From: an uncultured Methanolobus sp.
GTDB lineage: Archaea > Halobacteriota > Methanosarcinia > Methanosarcinales > Methanosarcinaceae
Assembly (NCBI GenBank): GCA_963675495.1
Contig: OY776215.1
Location: 1,472,001 to 1,536,000 of the forward strand
Reading direction: 5' to 3'
DNA length: 64,000 nt
Under the pieces are notes generated by a model that saw only the letters and a list, made by a program, of their open reading frames with translations, was not told where the DNA came from and ran no database searches. The first letter of the stretch is position 1. Every line of letters starts with the position of its first letter. Of this stretch, positions 1 through 8,531 are shown piece after piece. Both the position numbers and the translations under genes were made by a program.

Positions 1-228
1 ACAATAAAAGGAATACTGACACGAGTAGAGCTCAGGAAGGAGAACGTCGTTGTCATCAGCAGGCATAAAAAGACCAGGCGGGATGATGATGGCGGCGTAC
101 AGACACACGTCGGTTTTCTGATAGAACACAACAATGTGAAAGAGAAAGCTTACATCGCATTCATACCATCCTTCGGGAAGAAGATATTCAATAACCTGAG
201 AGATCTTGGGTACAATGTTGTTGATTAA
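1..228 (+). CDS. 3' end of a hypothetical protein (truncated by window start)
   Basis: Frame 1 open from base 1 to TAA at 226-228 (TIKGILTRVELRKENVVV...LRDLGYNVVD), followed by T-rich tract. Confidence 0.7.
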   Translation, partial: TIKGILTRVELRKENVVVISRHKKTRRDDDGGVQTHVGFLIEHNNVKEKAYIAFIPSFGKKIFNNLRDLGYNVVD

Positions 229-319
229 GTAGGGTAGATCGGGGGCATATTTTTACTTTTTATTGATGTTCTTCACACGCATCAATTCCATATCATAATC
301 ATTGATCTTCCTGCTGCAT

Positions 320-359
320 GAAAAAAAGCAAATATCCACGTTGTTCAGGATATTTGCTT
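320..359 (-). terminator. Hairpin + U-tract terminator of the aldo/keto reductase gene
   Basis: AAGCAAATATCC...GGATATTTGCTT inverted repeat followed by poly-T on the minus strand. Confidence 0.6.
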
Positions 360-378
360 ATACTTGAATCCAAAAATC

Positions 379-1590
379 TCAGACATCCTTGTTCGCCAGG
401 AACATCTTTGCCATCCCGATCCTTTCTTCAAGGTCAGGTCCCTCAAAATCCTCTACCACGGATTCGAGAAGAGTTGGGATATCAAGATGCTGAGGACATT
501 TGTCTACACATTCCCCACACTGTATACATTGGGATGCAAATGAAGGTTCATCGCCTGTCATTAGACCGCTCATCCCTGATGCATATATGAACTTTGCCAT
601 GTCTGCATCGTCAAACATGTGCAGATTGTTATAAAGTTCAAAACAGTAAGGAATATTCACACCTTCCGGGCAGGGCATACAATAAGCACAACCAGTACAG
701 CCAGCTTTCATAAGCTCACGGTACTTCTTCTCGGATCTCTTGACAAGCTCAAGCTCGGTTTCGGTAAGAGAATCTGCGAGAGCTTCCCCTGCGATCTTCA
801 GGTTCTCCTCCACATGTTCTTCCTCGTTCATACCCGAAAGTACAACCGTAACTTCGGGATGGTTCCAGACCCAGCGAAGTCCCCATTCTGCAGCTGTTCT
901 CTTAACAGGAGCCTCGTTCCATATTTCCTCTACAGCAGCCGGAACTTTACCTGCAAGACTTCCTCCACGCAGAGGTTCCATGATGATAACTCCAATGTCT
1001 TTTGAGGCTGCATACTCCAGTCCTTTGGTTCCTGCCTGGTTCTTTTCATCCAGGAAGTTGTACTGTATCTGGCAGAAGTCCCAATCATAGGCATCCACGA
1101 TTCGGTTAAAGTCCTCAGGTGCACCGTGGTAGGAAAAACCGGCATTGATTATGCGGCCATCAGATTTTGCTTTGTCAAGGAATTCAAGGACTCCCAGTGG
1201 TTCCACTTTATCCCATAATTCACCTTGCAGAGCGTGAACGAGGTAGTAATCGATGTGATCGGTGTTGAGTTTCTCAAGCTGTGCGTTCAGGAACTTGTCC
1301 ATGTCCTCAAGACTGTCGATCATCCAGGTAGGGAGTTTTGTTGCAAGCTTTACTTTTTCCCTGTAACCATCGGAAAGTGCACGACCGATGAATGGCTCGC
1401 TCTGCCCCATATGGTATGGCCAGGCGGTATCCACATAATTCACACCCTGGTCAATAGCGTAGCGAATCTGTTTTGTAGCTCTTTCCTCATCGATGCTTCC
1501 ATCTTCATTCATAGGAAGACGCATAGCCCCGAATCCAAGTATTGAGAGCTCGTCACCGTTCTTTGGCATTGTTCTGTATAACATTCCCAT
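379..1590 (-). CDS. Aldo/keto reductase with C-terminal 4Fe-4S dicluster domain
   Basis: LGFGAMRLP, YVDTAWPYH, LATKLP, IDYYLVH AKR motifs; CTGCAYCMPCP and CIQCGECVDKCPQ ferredoxin motifs. Confidence 0.9.
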   Translation of the reverse strand: MGMLYRTMPKNGDELSILGFGAMRLPMNEDGSIDEERATKQIRYAIDQGVNYVDTAWPYHMGQSEPFIGRALSDGYREKVKLATKLPTWMIDSLEDMDKFLNAQLEKLNTDHIDYYLVHALQGELWDKVEPLGVLEFLDKAKSDGRIINAGFSYHGAPEDFNRIVDAYDWDFCQIQYNFLDEKNQAGTKGLEYAASKDIGVIIMEPLRGGSLAGKVPAAVEEIWNEAPVKRTAAEWGLRWVWNHPEVTVVLSGMNEEEHVEENLKIAGEALADSLTETELELVKRSEKKYRELMKAGCTGCAYCMPCPEGVNIPYCFELYNNLHMFDDADMAKFIYASGMSGLMTGDEPSFASQCIQCGECVDKCPQHLDIPTLLESVVEDFEGPDLEERIGMAKMFLANKDV

Positions 1591-1634
1591 TCTCCTTGTA
1601 TCTCTTATTCTAATGAAAATTGATAGTATTAATT

Positions 1635-1648
1635 TGATTGACTGGTCA
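1635..1648. promoter_or_regulatory. Candidate TetR operator upstream of AKR gene
   Basis: TGATTGACTGGTCA, 11/14 match to the reverse complement of the palindrome at 2264-2277. Confidence 0.5.
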
Positions 1649-1668
1649 CTTATAGTACATTCAAAAAA

Positions 1669-2241
1669 TTATATATTTGCCATGCCCTTCCATAACATCC
1701 GGAATCCATCCTCGATGATCTCATCCATATTTTCCTGAAAACCTGTATTCAGAATAAGCTCAACCACTGCCCTGCTGGATTGGTAAAATATCGCCATGCT
1801 CAGTTCCATTGAGTAAGCTTTATCTTTTCCGAAAATATTCTCCACCAGATCAAGCATGAATTCATTTTCCTTCATGGTTTCTTCACGGGTGAACTTTGTG
1901 ATATAAGGGGAAGAACTGAACTGTGCTACAAAAAGAAACTCTTCAGGTTTGTTTACACCACATCTGATGAAACTCACCCATAGTTGCTTTATCTGTTCCT
2001 CAGAAGATGCTTCAGGATCAAGTCCTCCTTTTACACAGGTGCTCAACCTGCTTTTAACCTCAAAATAGAGGCTGTTTATAAGCTCCTCCTTGGTGGCGAA
2101 GTAGTTGAAAAGACTACCTGTGGATACACCTGCCTCCTTTGAGATAAGTGCGGTGGACGTACCGTGAAAACCTCTTTCTGTAAAGAGTTTCAGGGCGGCA
2201 TTCATTATTGCGGTTTTCTTATCCTTGACCTGATTATTCAT
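1669..2241 (-). CDS. TetR/AcrR family transcriptional regulator
   Basis: IMNAALKLFTERGFHGTSTALISKEAGVSTGSLFNYFATKEEL HTH signature. Confidence 0.93.
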   Translation of the reverse strand: MNNQVKDKKTAIMNAALKLFTERGFHGTSTALISKEAGVSTGSLFNYFATKEELINSLYFEVKSRLSTCVKGGLDPEASSEEQIKQLWVSFIRCGVNKPEEFLFVAQFSSSPYITKFTREETMKENEFMLDLVENIFGKDKAYSMELSMAIFYQSSRAVVELILNTGFQENMDEIIEDGFRMLWKGMANI

Positions 2242-2263
2242 GTTTTTACTCTCGTGGTTATAG

Positions 2264-2277
2264 TGACTAATCAGTCA
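2264..2277. promoter_or_regulatory. Candidate TetR autoregulatory operator
   Basis: TGACT-AATC-AGTCA palindrome between tetR start and a TATA-like element at ~2289-2296. Confidence 0.55.
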
Positions 2278-2525
2278 TCAGTGTTATTGATATAAAAACT
2301 TTGCTAAAAAGAGATGAAAAACCAAGACAAATGAATCTATACAAGGAACACATAAACCAGACAGCTACTGTGTTATTTTTTAAAAATGTTTGATTAAGTT
2401 CCCATTAGAGAACTATCATTTTATTTTGCATAGGACGTACCTATAAGATTTTTGAGTGCCTTATTTTACGAAGATGCTCGTATTTTGCTCTTTACTTCTA
2501 CATCAACCTGATAACAAAAAAATAA

Positions 2526-3125
2526 TCACAGATTTTTTGTGATGAGATCCACAAAATCAACAAATCTGTGCCCATCCTTGTTCGAGAAGTGCTCAAATAT
2601 CGCTGCATCGTCTTTTATTTCTCCAAGTGTCCTTTTCAATGTTGCCACATATTCCAAATTAGTAGCATCTGAATTTACAAATATTATCTCGGATTCTGCT
2701 ATTTGATTAATTACGATATTCGGGATGAGTTCGGCCTTACTTTCCAGATTCCTTACATCAAATACGTGGACCATTGGTGCAATGGACATGCCAGGGAATT
2801 TGAGATTAGATACACCTGTCTTTATTTCAGTTGGCAACGCATTGAAAGGTATCTCGAGAATTATAGAATCAAATGCGTCCTCTTCGTAAATTTTCTGCAA
2901 CTCATTCGTCAGATCGAAAATAAAACTACAGGGGACACAACTGCTGAGTATTTCCTTTACAACCACTTCTGGATTTGTCTTGACCGGTTTTCCCGTCTTC
3001 TTCCCCAGATGGTCAGTGATCACGACAACGACTTTTTTATCTATTGAACTGATCTCATTCCCGACAGAAAAGAGTGTATTCTTCTTTTCTATTCCAGTGA
3101 AGCCGCTTATCATTATTATTTGCAT
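2526..3125 (-). CDS. CobW/HypB/UreG-like (G3E) protein with degenerate GTPase motifs
   Basis: N-terminal IIMISGF, EILSSCVPCS CxxC, NQIAESEIIFVN resemble the CobW family; P-loop GKT absent. Confidence 0.6.
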   Translation of the reverse strand: MQIIMISGFTGIEKKNTLFSVGNEISSIDKKVVVVITDHLGKKTGKPVKTNPEVVVKEILSSCVPCSFIFDLTNELQKIYEEDAFDSIILEIPFNALPTEIKTGVSNLKFPGMSIAPMVHVFDVRNLESKAELIPNIVINQIAESEIIFVNSDATNLEYVATLKRTLGEIKDDAAIFEHFSNKDGHRFVDFVDLITKNL

Positions 3126-3862
3126 TTAATCTCCCCACAATTGAATTTGGATACATGGTTTATAAGATTATCACAGGACAAAGATAAATCATCTTGTTAT
3201 GCTAACCGGATCAATCATTCCATTCTCGTAGTTCATTGTGATTTCAACGAAGACCTTTTACTAGTTTGACAGTGTTCTCTCTTTTCTGAATATAATGTCT
3301 ACTCTTTCAACCAAATTTTTCATCTTTTTGCCGGGGTAATCTATTTGGCAGTTCGTGCATTTTCATGGCACATGCTACTATTTCACCCATTTTTGACTTA
3401 AAATCAGTGTATTTACGGTATCAAAACTTCCGGAGATGGAATAAAATGTTTTCTCCCTGAAAGCTTGTAAGCTTGGAAAGGACAGAACTTATCTTAAGTT
3501 TTAAATTTCTACACGGTTGTTGTCAATTGTTTCACTGTCAACAGAATCTTGCTTGATAAGAGCTGCATTCTTCTGCAGCATATCTGTGAAAAATAGCCTT
3601 CGTTAATCAAGTCTTTCACATTTCCTGAACACAAACAGCTAGTAAAAATAATCTGAAGTGGCATAAACAAATTCAAACTATGAATTATTCAGGAAACTCA
3701 CTAAATCAGTGAAAAAATCCACCACAAACATTCTTATGACATAAAATCAAGAAAATAAGCAATTCCACTGCAATTGTAAATTGCCGCTTTGCTCCGTAAA
3801 CATCATTAAGAGTGGAACATTAGTTTATTCAAAAACCTGAGATTCAATTCAGAGGCGATAAT

Positions 3863-4456
3863 ATGGAAAAGACAATCACATACTTTGACGATGTTGGAAA
3901 AGCAAACACAGAAGAAGTAATGAAATTATCTGCAAAAAGAGCAGCAGAGCTTGGAATCAAGCACGTCGTGCTTTCAAGTACAAGCGGGGAGACTGCACTC
4001 ATAGCTGCAGAGGCATTCAAGGACTTGGACGTAAAAATCATTGCCATAACCCACCAGTATGGACTTAAGGAAAGCGGCAAGTGGGAAGTTGATGAGGACA
4101 AACTTGAGAAACTAAACGAACTTGGCGTTGTAATGACCACACAATCCCATATGTTCTCAGGTGTTGAGCGTGCGATCTCAAAGCGCATAGGTGGTGCCAG
4201 CCGTGCAGATGTGATATCTGACACATTACGCGCTGTTTTTGGAAAGGGTTTCAAGGTAGCTATTGAATGCGCAATGATGGCAGCAGACTCAGGCCACATA
4301 CCGGTATCTCTGGATACAGAGATAATAGCCATCGGGGGAACAAGATGGGGTGCTGATGTCTCTGTTGTTGTCAGACCTGCACATTCATTTGACTTCTTCA
4401 GCCTTCAGGTAAGAGAAATAATAGCAATGCCAAGGGCAAAAGAAGAGCCAAAGTAA
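3863..4456 (+). CDS. Pyruvate kinase C-terminal-like alpha/beta domain protein (MTH1675/DUF1867-like)
   Basis: ITYF..G..NT, VVLSSTSGETA, GKGFKVAIECAMMAADSG, AIGGTRWGAD motifs. Confidence 0.8.
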   Translation: MEKTITYFDDVGKANTEEVMKLSAKRAAELGIKHVVLSSTSGETALIAAEAFKDLDVKIIAITHQYGLKESGKWEVDEDKLEKLNELGVVMTTQSHMFSGVERAISKRIGGASRADVISDTLRAVFGKGFKVAIECAMMAADSGHIPVSLDTEIIAIGGTRWGADVSVVVRPAHSFDFFSLQVREIIAMPRAKEEPK

Positions 4457-4479
4457 CTATAATATTTTTTGATTTTTAG

Positions 4480-4507
4480 TGGGAACTAATTCCCATCGTC
4501 TTTTTTT
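4480..4507 (+). terminator. Hairpin + T-tract terminator
   Basis: TGGGAA-CTAA-TTCCCA then TTTTTTT. Confidence 0.5.
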
Positions 4508-4662
4508 GTAGCACTATTATCTTTGTCATCGATCTCATTCTTCAATTTAGCTTTGCTTGCTTCTTTATTCATGTACAATGTAGATTTAATGAAATAGGCC
4601 GTTAAAAGAACGAAGATAACAAAAGCTGCTGCAGCAATTAAGATAACAGTAAGAGCATCCAT
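4486..4662 (-). CDS. Small single-pass membrane protein (58 aa; below ORF-track cutoff)
   Basis: Hand translation MDALTVILIAAAAFVIFVLLTAYFIKSTLYMNKEASKAKLKNEIDDKDNSATKKDDGN-TAG; fills the gap between mtd and the convergent gene. Confidence 0.65.
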   Translation of the reverse strand: MDALTVILIAAAAFVIFVLLTAYFIKSTLYMNKEASKAKLKNEIDDKDNSATKKDDGN

Positions 4663-4695
4663 AAAAAAGAGAAAAGAAGTACCTTAAAGGTACTT
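4663..4695 (-). terminator. mtd terminator
   Basis: AAGTACCT-TAA-AGGTACTT hairpin followed by CTTTTCTCTTTTTT on minus strand. Confidence 0.6.
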
Positions 4696-5515
4696 ACTGT
4701 GGCTTCTCATAGAGAGCTGTCTTGGTCATCAGGTGGCCCTTCTTAGCGTGTGGCTGCCTGAATACACTGTCGTTTGATTTTTCGATCTCTCTTGCATCGA
4801 TTGCCAGCTGAGCTGCTGCGCGCATCATCTCATGACCTGCTGCTGTTGTGAGAGTGACCTGCTCGATCTCCTTCATCATGAAGCATGCTGGGAAGTTGAT
4901 CTTTGCGACCATATCAGCCATGTGAAGAGCTGCGAGAGCCTTTGCCTTTGCGTATGGGTTGTTAAATCCTGCTCTTGCGATACATTTCTCTGGCTTTGCG
5001 AGAATGTGTGGAAGTTCGAGTGCCTTACCTTCGTCTGCCTGTGCGGCAACTTTGTCGAGCTCTTCCTGAATAAGCCTTACAACACCACATGTTGAAAGTA
5101 CTTTCATTGCATCTGAATTAAATGAAGCCATCTCTACAGCGTCAAGGAATTCGGTCTTTGCGCCGATGAGTGGATCAACGGTCATGATAATATAACCAAA
5201 GCCTGCTTCCTCAAGTGCTGCACGGTCGTCCTTCTTTGTTGGACCGTCTGAGATAATGATGCATGGAACGTCCTTGTATATCTCACGAGCTGCTGTTGGA
5301 CCTGGTGCGCTTGAGTTGGGGCTGATCATTACGTAGAAATCAGCATCGAATTTTTTGAGTTCTTCTGTTGCTGCTGCTTCGTCTTTGCCCATTTTAGGAC
5401 CGGTTCCGAAAGAACGGATAGTAATTCCTTCTCTTGCTGCGATCTCATCCTGAACGAGGTCTATTACCTGGCTCATTCCTAAGTTACCTAGTTTAATAAA
5501 TCCAATCTTTGCCAT
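4694..5515 (-). CDS. mtd: F420-dependent methylene-H4MPT dehydrogenase
   Basis: KIGFIKLGNLG, ISPN...PGP, DPLIGAKTEFLDAVEMASFNSD, NPYAKAKALAA, AAGHEMMR. Confidence 0.95.
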   Translation of the reverse strand: MAKIGFIKLGNLGMSQVIDLVQDEIAAREGITIRSFGTGPKMGKDEAAATEELKKFDADFYVMISPNSSAPGPTAAREIYKDVPCIIISDGPTKKDDRAALEEAGFGYIIMTVDPLIGAKTEFLDAVEMASFNSDAMKVLSTCGVVRLIQEELDKVAAQADEGKALELPHILAKPEKCIARAGFNNPYAKAKALAALHMADMVAKINFPACFMMKEIEQVTLTTAAGHEMMRAAAQLAIDAREIEKSNDSVFRQPHAKKGHLMTKTALYEKPQ

Positions 5516-5714
5516 GTAAAATCACAGTAGTGCAATGGGCAGTGTAGCATATATTAGTTTTGGAATGGAACTAATGGAATGCATCATCCTGAAAAAATGA
5601 TTATTCATATAGTGATTCTGCCCGAAAACCTTAAAAGCAATGTAGCGTATTTCAGAATAATCTCGGCACTTAAATACTGTTTCAATGCGGGATTGAAATT
5701 CCAGGTTTGATGAA

Positions 5715-6413
5715 GTGAGTCGTACCAGCAATAATTCTCATAGGATAAAGTTAGTAGTTTTTGATATGGACAGCACCCTTATTGATGCTGAGACCATTGA
5801 CGAACTCGCACATGCGGCAGGAGTGGGAGACGAAGTCGCTTCCATAACAGAAAAAGCAATGCGTGGAGAACTTGATTTTTCCCATGCACTTTTTGAGAGA
5901 GTAAGACTACTAAAAGGACTTTCGCTCAATAATGCTCATGATGCGCTTGACAAAATGCCTTTCATGCCCGGTGCGAAAATACTCGTTGATTACCTGAAAT
6001 CCCAAGGATATAAAACTGCAATGATATCCGGTGGATTTACCATAGCTGCAGAGCGTGTTGGTAAAACACTTGGAATGGATCATGTCGTTTCAAATGAACT
6101 ACTGGTAGACGAAGGATGTCTGACAGGAGAGGTAAAGGGACCCCTTACAGGACAATGTTCCAAGGAACATGTTCTTGAAGAAATTTCCCGGAAATATGGA
6201 GTAGAACCTGAAAATTGTATAGTGGTTGGTGACGGCGCCAATGACATATGCATATTTAAAAGAGCAAAATATGCCATAGCTTTTAATTCCAAACCAATCC
6301 TCCATGAGCATGCTGATATTGTCATAACAGAAAAGAACCTTGAAGCAGTTATACCGGTAATCCAATTACTGGAATCGGAAAAAGGCCAAGTATCGTGCAT
6401 TAGAGATGCATGA
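5715..6413 (+). CDS. serB: Phosphoserine phosphatase (HAD family)
   Basis: FDMDSTL, ITEKAMRGELDF, ISGGF, GDGAND. Confidence 0.93.
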   Translation: MSRTSNNSHRIKLVVFDMDSTLIDAETIDELAHAAGVGDEVASITEKAMRGELDFSHALFERVRLLKGLSLNNAHDALDKMPFMPGAKILVDYLKSQGYKTAMISGGFTIAAERVGKTLGMDHVVSNELLVDEGCLTGEVKGPLTGQCSKEHVLEEISRKYGVEPENCIVVGDGANDICIFKRAKYAIAFNSKPILHEHADIVITEKNLEAVIPVIQLLESEKGQVSCIRDA

Positions 6414-6453
6414 AATGCCAGCTCTTTTGCTGGATCGGGAGGATACATAAGAA

Positions 6454-7314
6454 ATGATAAAAGAACTGAACGACAAGAAGACTGAGCTTAGAACCCAGTC
6501 CGAAGAATATAAAGAGAAACGTAACGGGCTTAACGCAGAGGCAAGCACACTTGCATCAAAGCGAAATGAGCTGAACAAAAAGACCAAGGACCTTATCAAC
6601 GAAGCACAGGAATACAAGGTACTCCGTGACGAGAACAACGAGAAGGTAAAGGAAAACAAAGTACTCCGCGATGAGGTCAACAACAAGGCAAACGAAGTAT
6701 TTGCTAAGATAGACCAGATACGCAATGAGAACAACCTTGGCGGCCCTTCGATCAAAGATATCCGCAAGGAAATCGACAGGCTCGAGTTTGCACAGCAGAC
6801 AGAAGTCCTCACAACCAACAAGGAAAGAGAACTGGTCAACAAGATCACTGAACTCCAGAAGCAGTATGTTGTAAAGAAACAGCAACTTGAAGGAAATGAA
6901 GAACTCAAGACACTGTTGACAGAAGCACAGGAGATCAGGGACGAAGCTTCAAATCATCACGCTACACTTTCAGAGTATGCACAGAAGGCACAGGAATATC
7001 ATGACAAGATGATCACTACCTTCAAAGAAGCCGACAAGATTCGCGCAGAATCTGATGCTGCTCACAAAGAATTCGTTCAATTCCAGGAAAAAGCTGACGA
7101 ACAGCACAAGCTCTTCATTGCAGCACAGAAAGAGATCCGCGATATAGACAAGGAACTCCGCAAGATGAAGAAAGGAGATTTCGATGGAAAGAGAGAAGCT
7201 GCCAGAGCAGATGCACGCAAGGATGCAGAAGACATCTTTGATAAGTTCAAGTCTGGTGAGAAGCTTACCATGGAAAACCTTATGGCACTCCAGAGATCTG
7301 GCTTCCTGAAATAA
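6454..7314 (+). CDS. Archaeal coiled-coil protein (COG1340-like)
   Basis: Heptad-rich K/E sequence, LEFAQQTEVL, FKSGEKLT C-terminus. Confidence 0.8.
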   Translation: MIKELNDKKTELRTQSEEYKEKRNGLNAEASTLASKRNELNKKTKDLINEAQEYKVLRDENNEKVKENKVLRDEVNNKANEVFAKIDQIRNENNLGGPSIKDIRKEIDRLEFAQQTEVLTTNKERELVNKITELQKQYVVKKQQLEGNEELKTLLTEAQEIRDEASNHHATLSEYAQKAQEYHDKMITTFKEADKIRAESDAAHKEFVQFQEKADEQHKLFIAAQKEIRDIDKELRKMKKGDFDGKREAARADARKDAEDIFDKFKSGEKLTMENLMALQRSGFLK

Positions 7315-7324
7315 TCAAACTTAA

Positions 7325-7360
7325 GAGGGTGAACTTCACCCTCGTTCAACTGTTTTTTAT
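7325..7360 (+). terminator. Hairpin terminator between convergent genes
   Basis: GAGGGTGAA-C-TTCACCCTC followed by T-tract. Confidence 0.55.
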
Positions 7361-7382
7361 TGAAAAATGTTTTTTTAATAAA

Positions 7383-8528
7383 TTATTGCTCTAGTCCAAG
7401 GTGGACTTTTCTAAACTCAGAATCCCTCATAAGACAGGGACCTGAAGTGAAAACAGGGTCTTTGTATATCTTTTTCCATATCGATGCTAAAGATTCATCG
7501 TGAATATTACCATATGGTTTCGGCATACATGCACACGGAAGTACATCGCCTTCAGGAGTTACATGAAGCCATTTCCTGCCTGCAAAACATCCCATTTTTC
7601 TTATGATCTGAGGAATAGGGAAAACGCGTGGTCCTTCAGCGTAAGATGTACGTTCTACAAAATCATCGAACTTTTTCAGGCCTTCGGGTGAAAGGACTTC
7701 ATTCCCATGGTCCAGCCACCTTCCAGTAGGAACTATCTCATAGAAAGAGAGTTCATGCACACCCAGCTCTTTTGCAAGCTCATAAAAATCGTCAAGCTCA
7801 TCAACATTTCTTGGCGAAAGAACAACATACATGCCAACTAAAAGACCGGCATCCAGACCGTTCTTTATGGCATTTACGGCATCATTGAATACACCAGGCC
7901 TTCCACGCATAAAATCATGTCCTTCTTCGTTTGCACTGTCAAAACTCACGCTTAGCATGGAAAGACCAGCATCCTTAAGGCTTGATGCACGCTGCGGAGT
8001 CATCCCCACACCAGATGTGAACAGACCCGCAATTGCGCGTGAACTATCTACATAGCTGATGAGCTCTTCAAGACCGTCATATAACAAAGGCTCGCCACCA
8101 TCGAATATAATGAGAGTGGTGCCCATATTCTGAGTCTGGTCGATGATACTCTTAACAACATCAGGACTGAGCCTTGCTTTGTTTTTAGTATCCGGGAGAG
8201 CACAGTGAATGCATCTGTTTGGACACTCTTCTGTAATTGAGATAGTGATCTGTTCCGGAATGAATTTGCCCCTCATTGCACTCATCTGGCTTGAAACAAG
8301 CCGGTCAAATGCCTTGCTGGGTATAGGAGGCATCCAGGTGGAGTATATTAACTGATCATTTTCCACTTTTGAGGGTTTTGTATCCTCAAATATCTCCATC
8401 ATCTCTGAAACATAAGAACCCATTATGGATGAAGCAATGCCGGAGGTCTTCATTTTCACCCGATCATTCTCTATCTGGGCATATACTTTGAAAAATGGAT
8501 TTTTGTAAAAGTAATATTTGTTCTTCAT
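7383..8528 (-). CDS. Radical SAM protein with SPASM/Twitch-type C-terminus
   Basis: CPNRCIHC, GGEP, CFAG...TPEGDVLPC. Confidence 0.9.
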   Translation of the reverse strand: MKNKYYFYKNPFFKVYAQIENDRVKMKTSGIASSIMGSYVSEMMEIFEDTKPSKVENDQLIYSTWMPPIPSKAFDRLVSSQMSAMRGKFIPEQITISITEECPNRCIHCALPDTKNKARLSPDVVKSIIDQTQNMGTTLIIFDGGEPLLYDGLEELISYVDSSRAIAGLFTSGVGMTPQRASSLKDAGLSMLSVSFDSANEEGHDFMRGRPGVFNDAVNAIKNGLDAGLLVGMYVVLSPRNVDELDDFYELAKELGVHELSFYEIVPTGRWLDHGNEVLSPEGLKKFDDFVERTSYAEGPRVFPIPQIIRKMGCFAGRKWLHVTPEGDVLPCACMPKPYGNIHDESLASIWKKIYKDPVFTSGPCLMRDSEFRKVHLGLEQ

Positions 8529-8531
8529 AGT

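Noticed and set aside
7383-8528. Radical SAM as the archaeosine enzyme RaSEA because it is near tgtA
   Set aside because: It has a standard CxxxCxxC plus SPASM/Twitch layout, is coupled to UbiA/GGR, and a terminator-like stem (~10767-10808) separates tgtA from that operon
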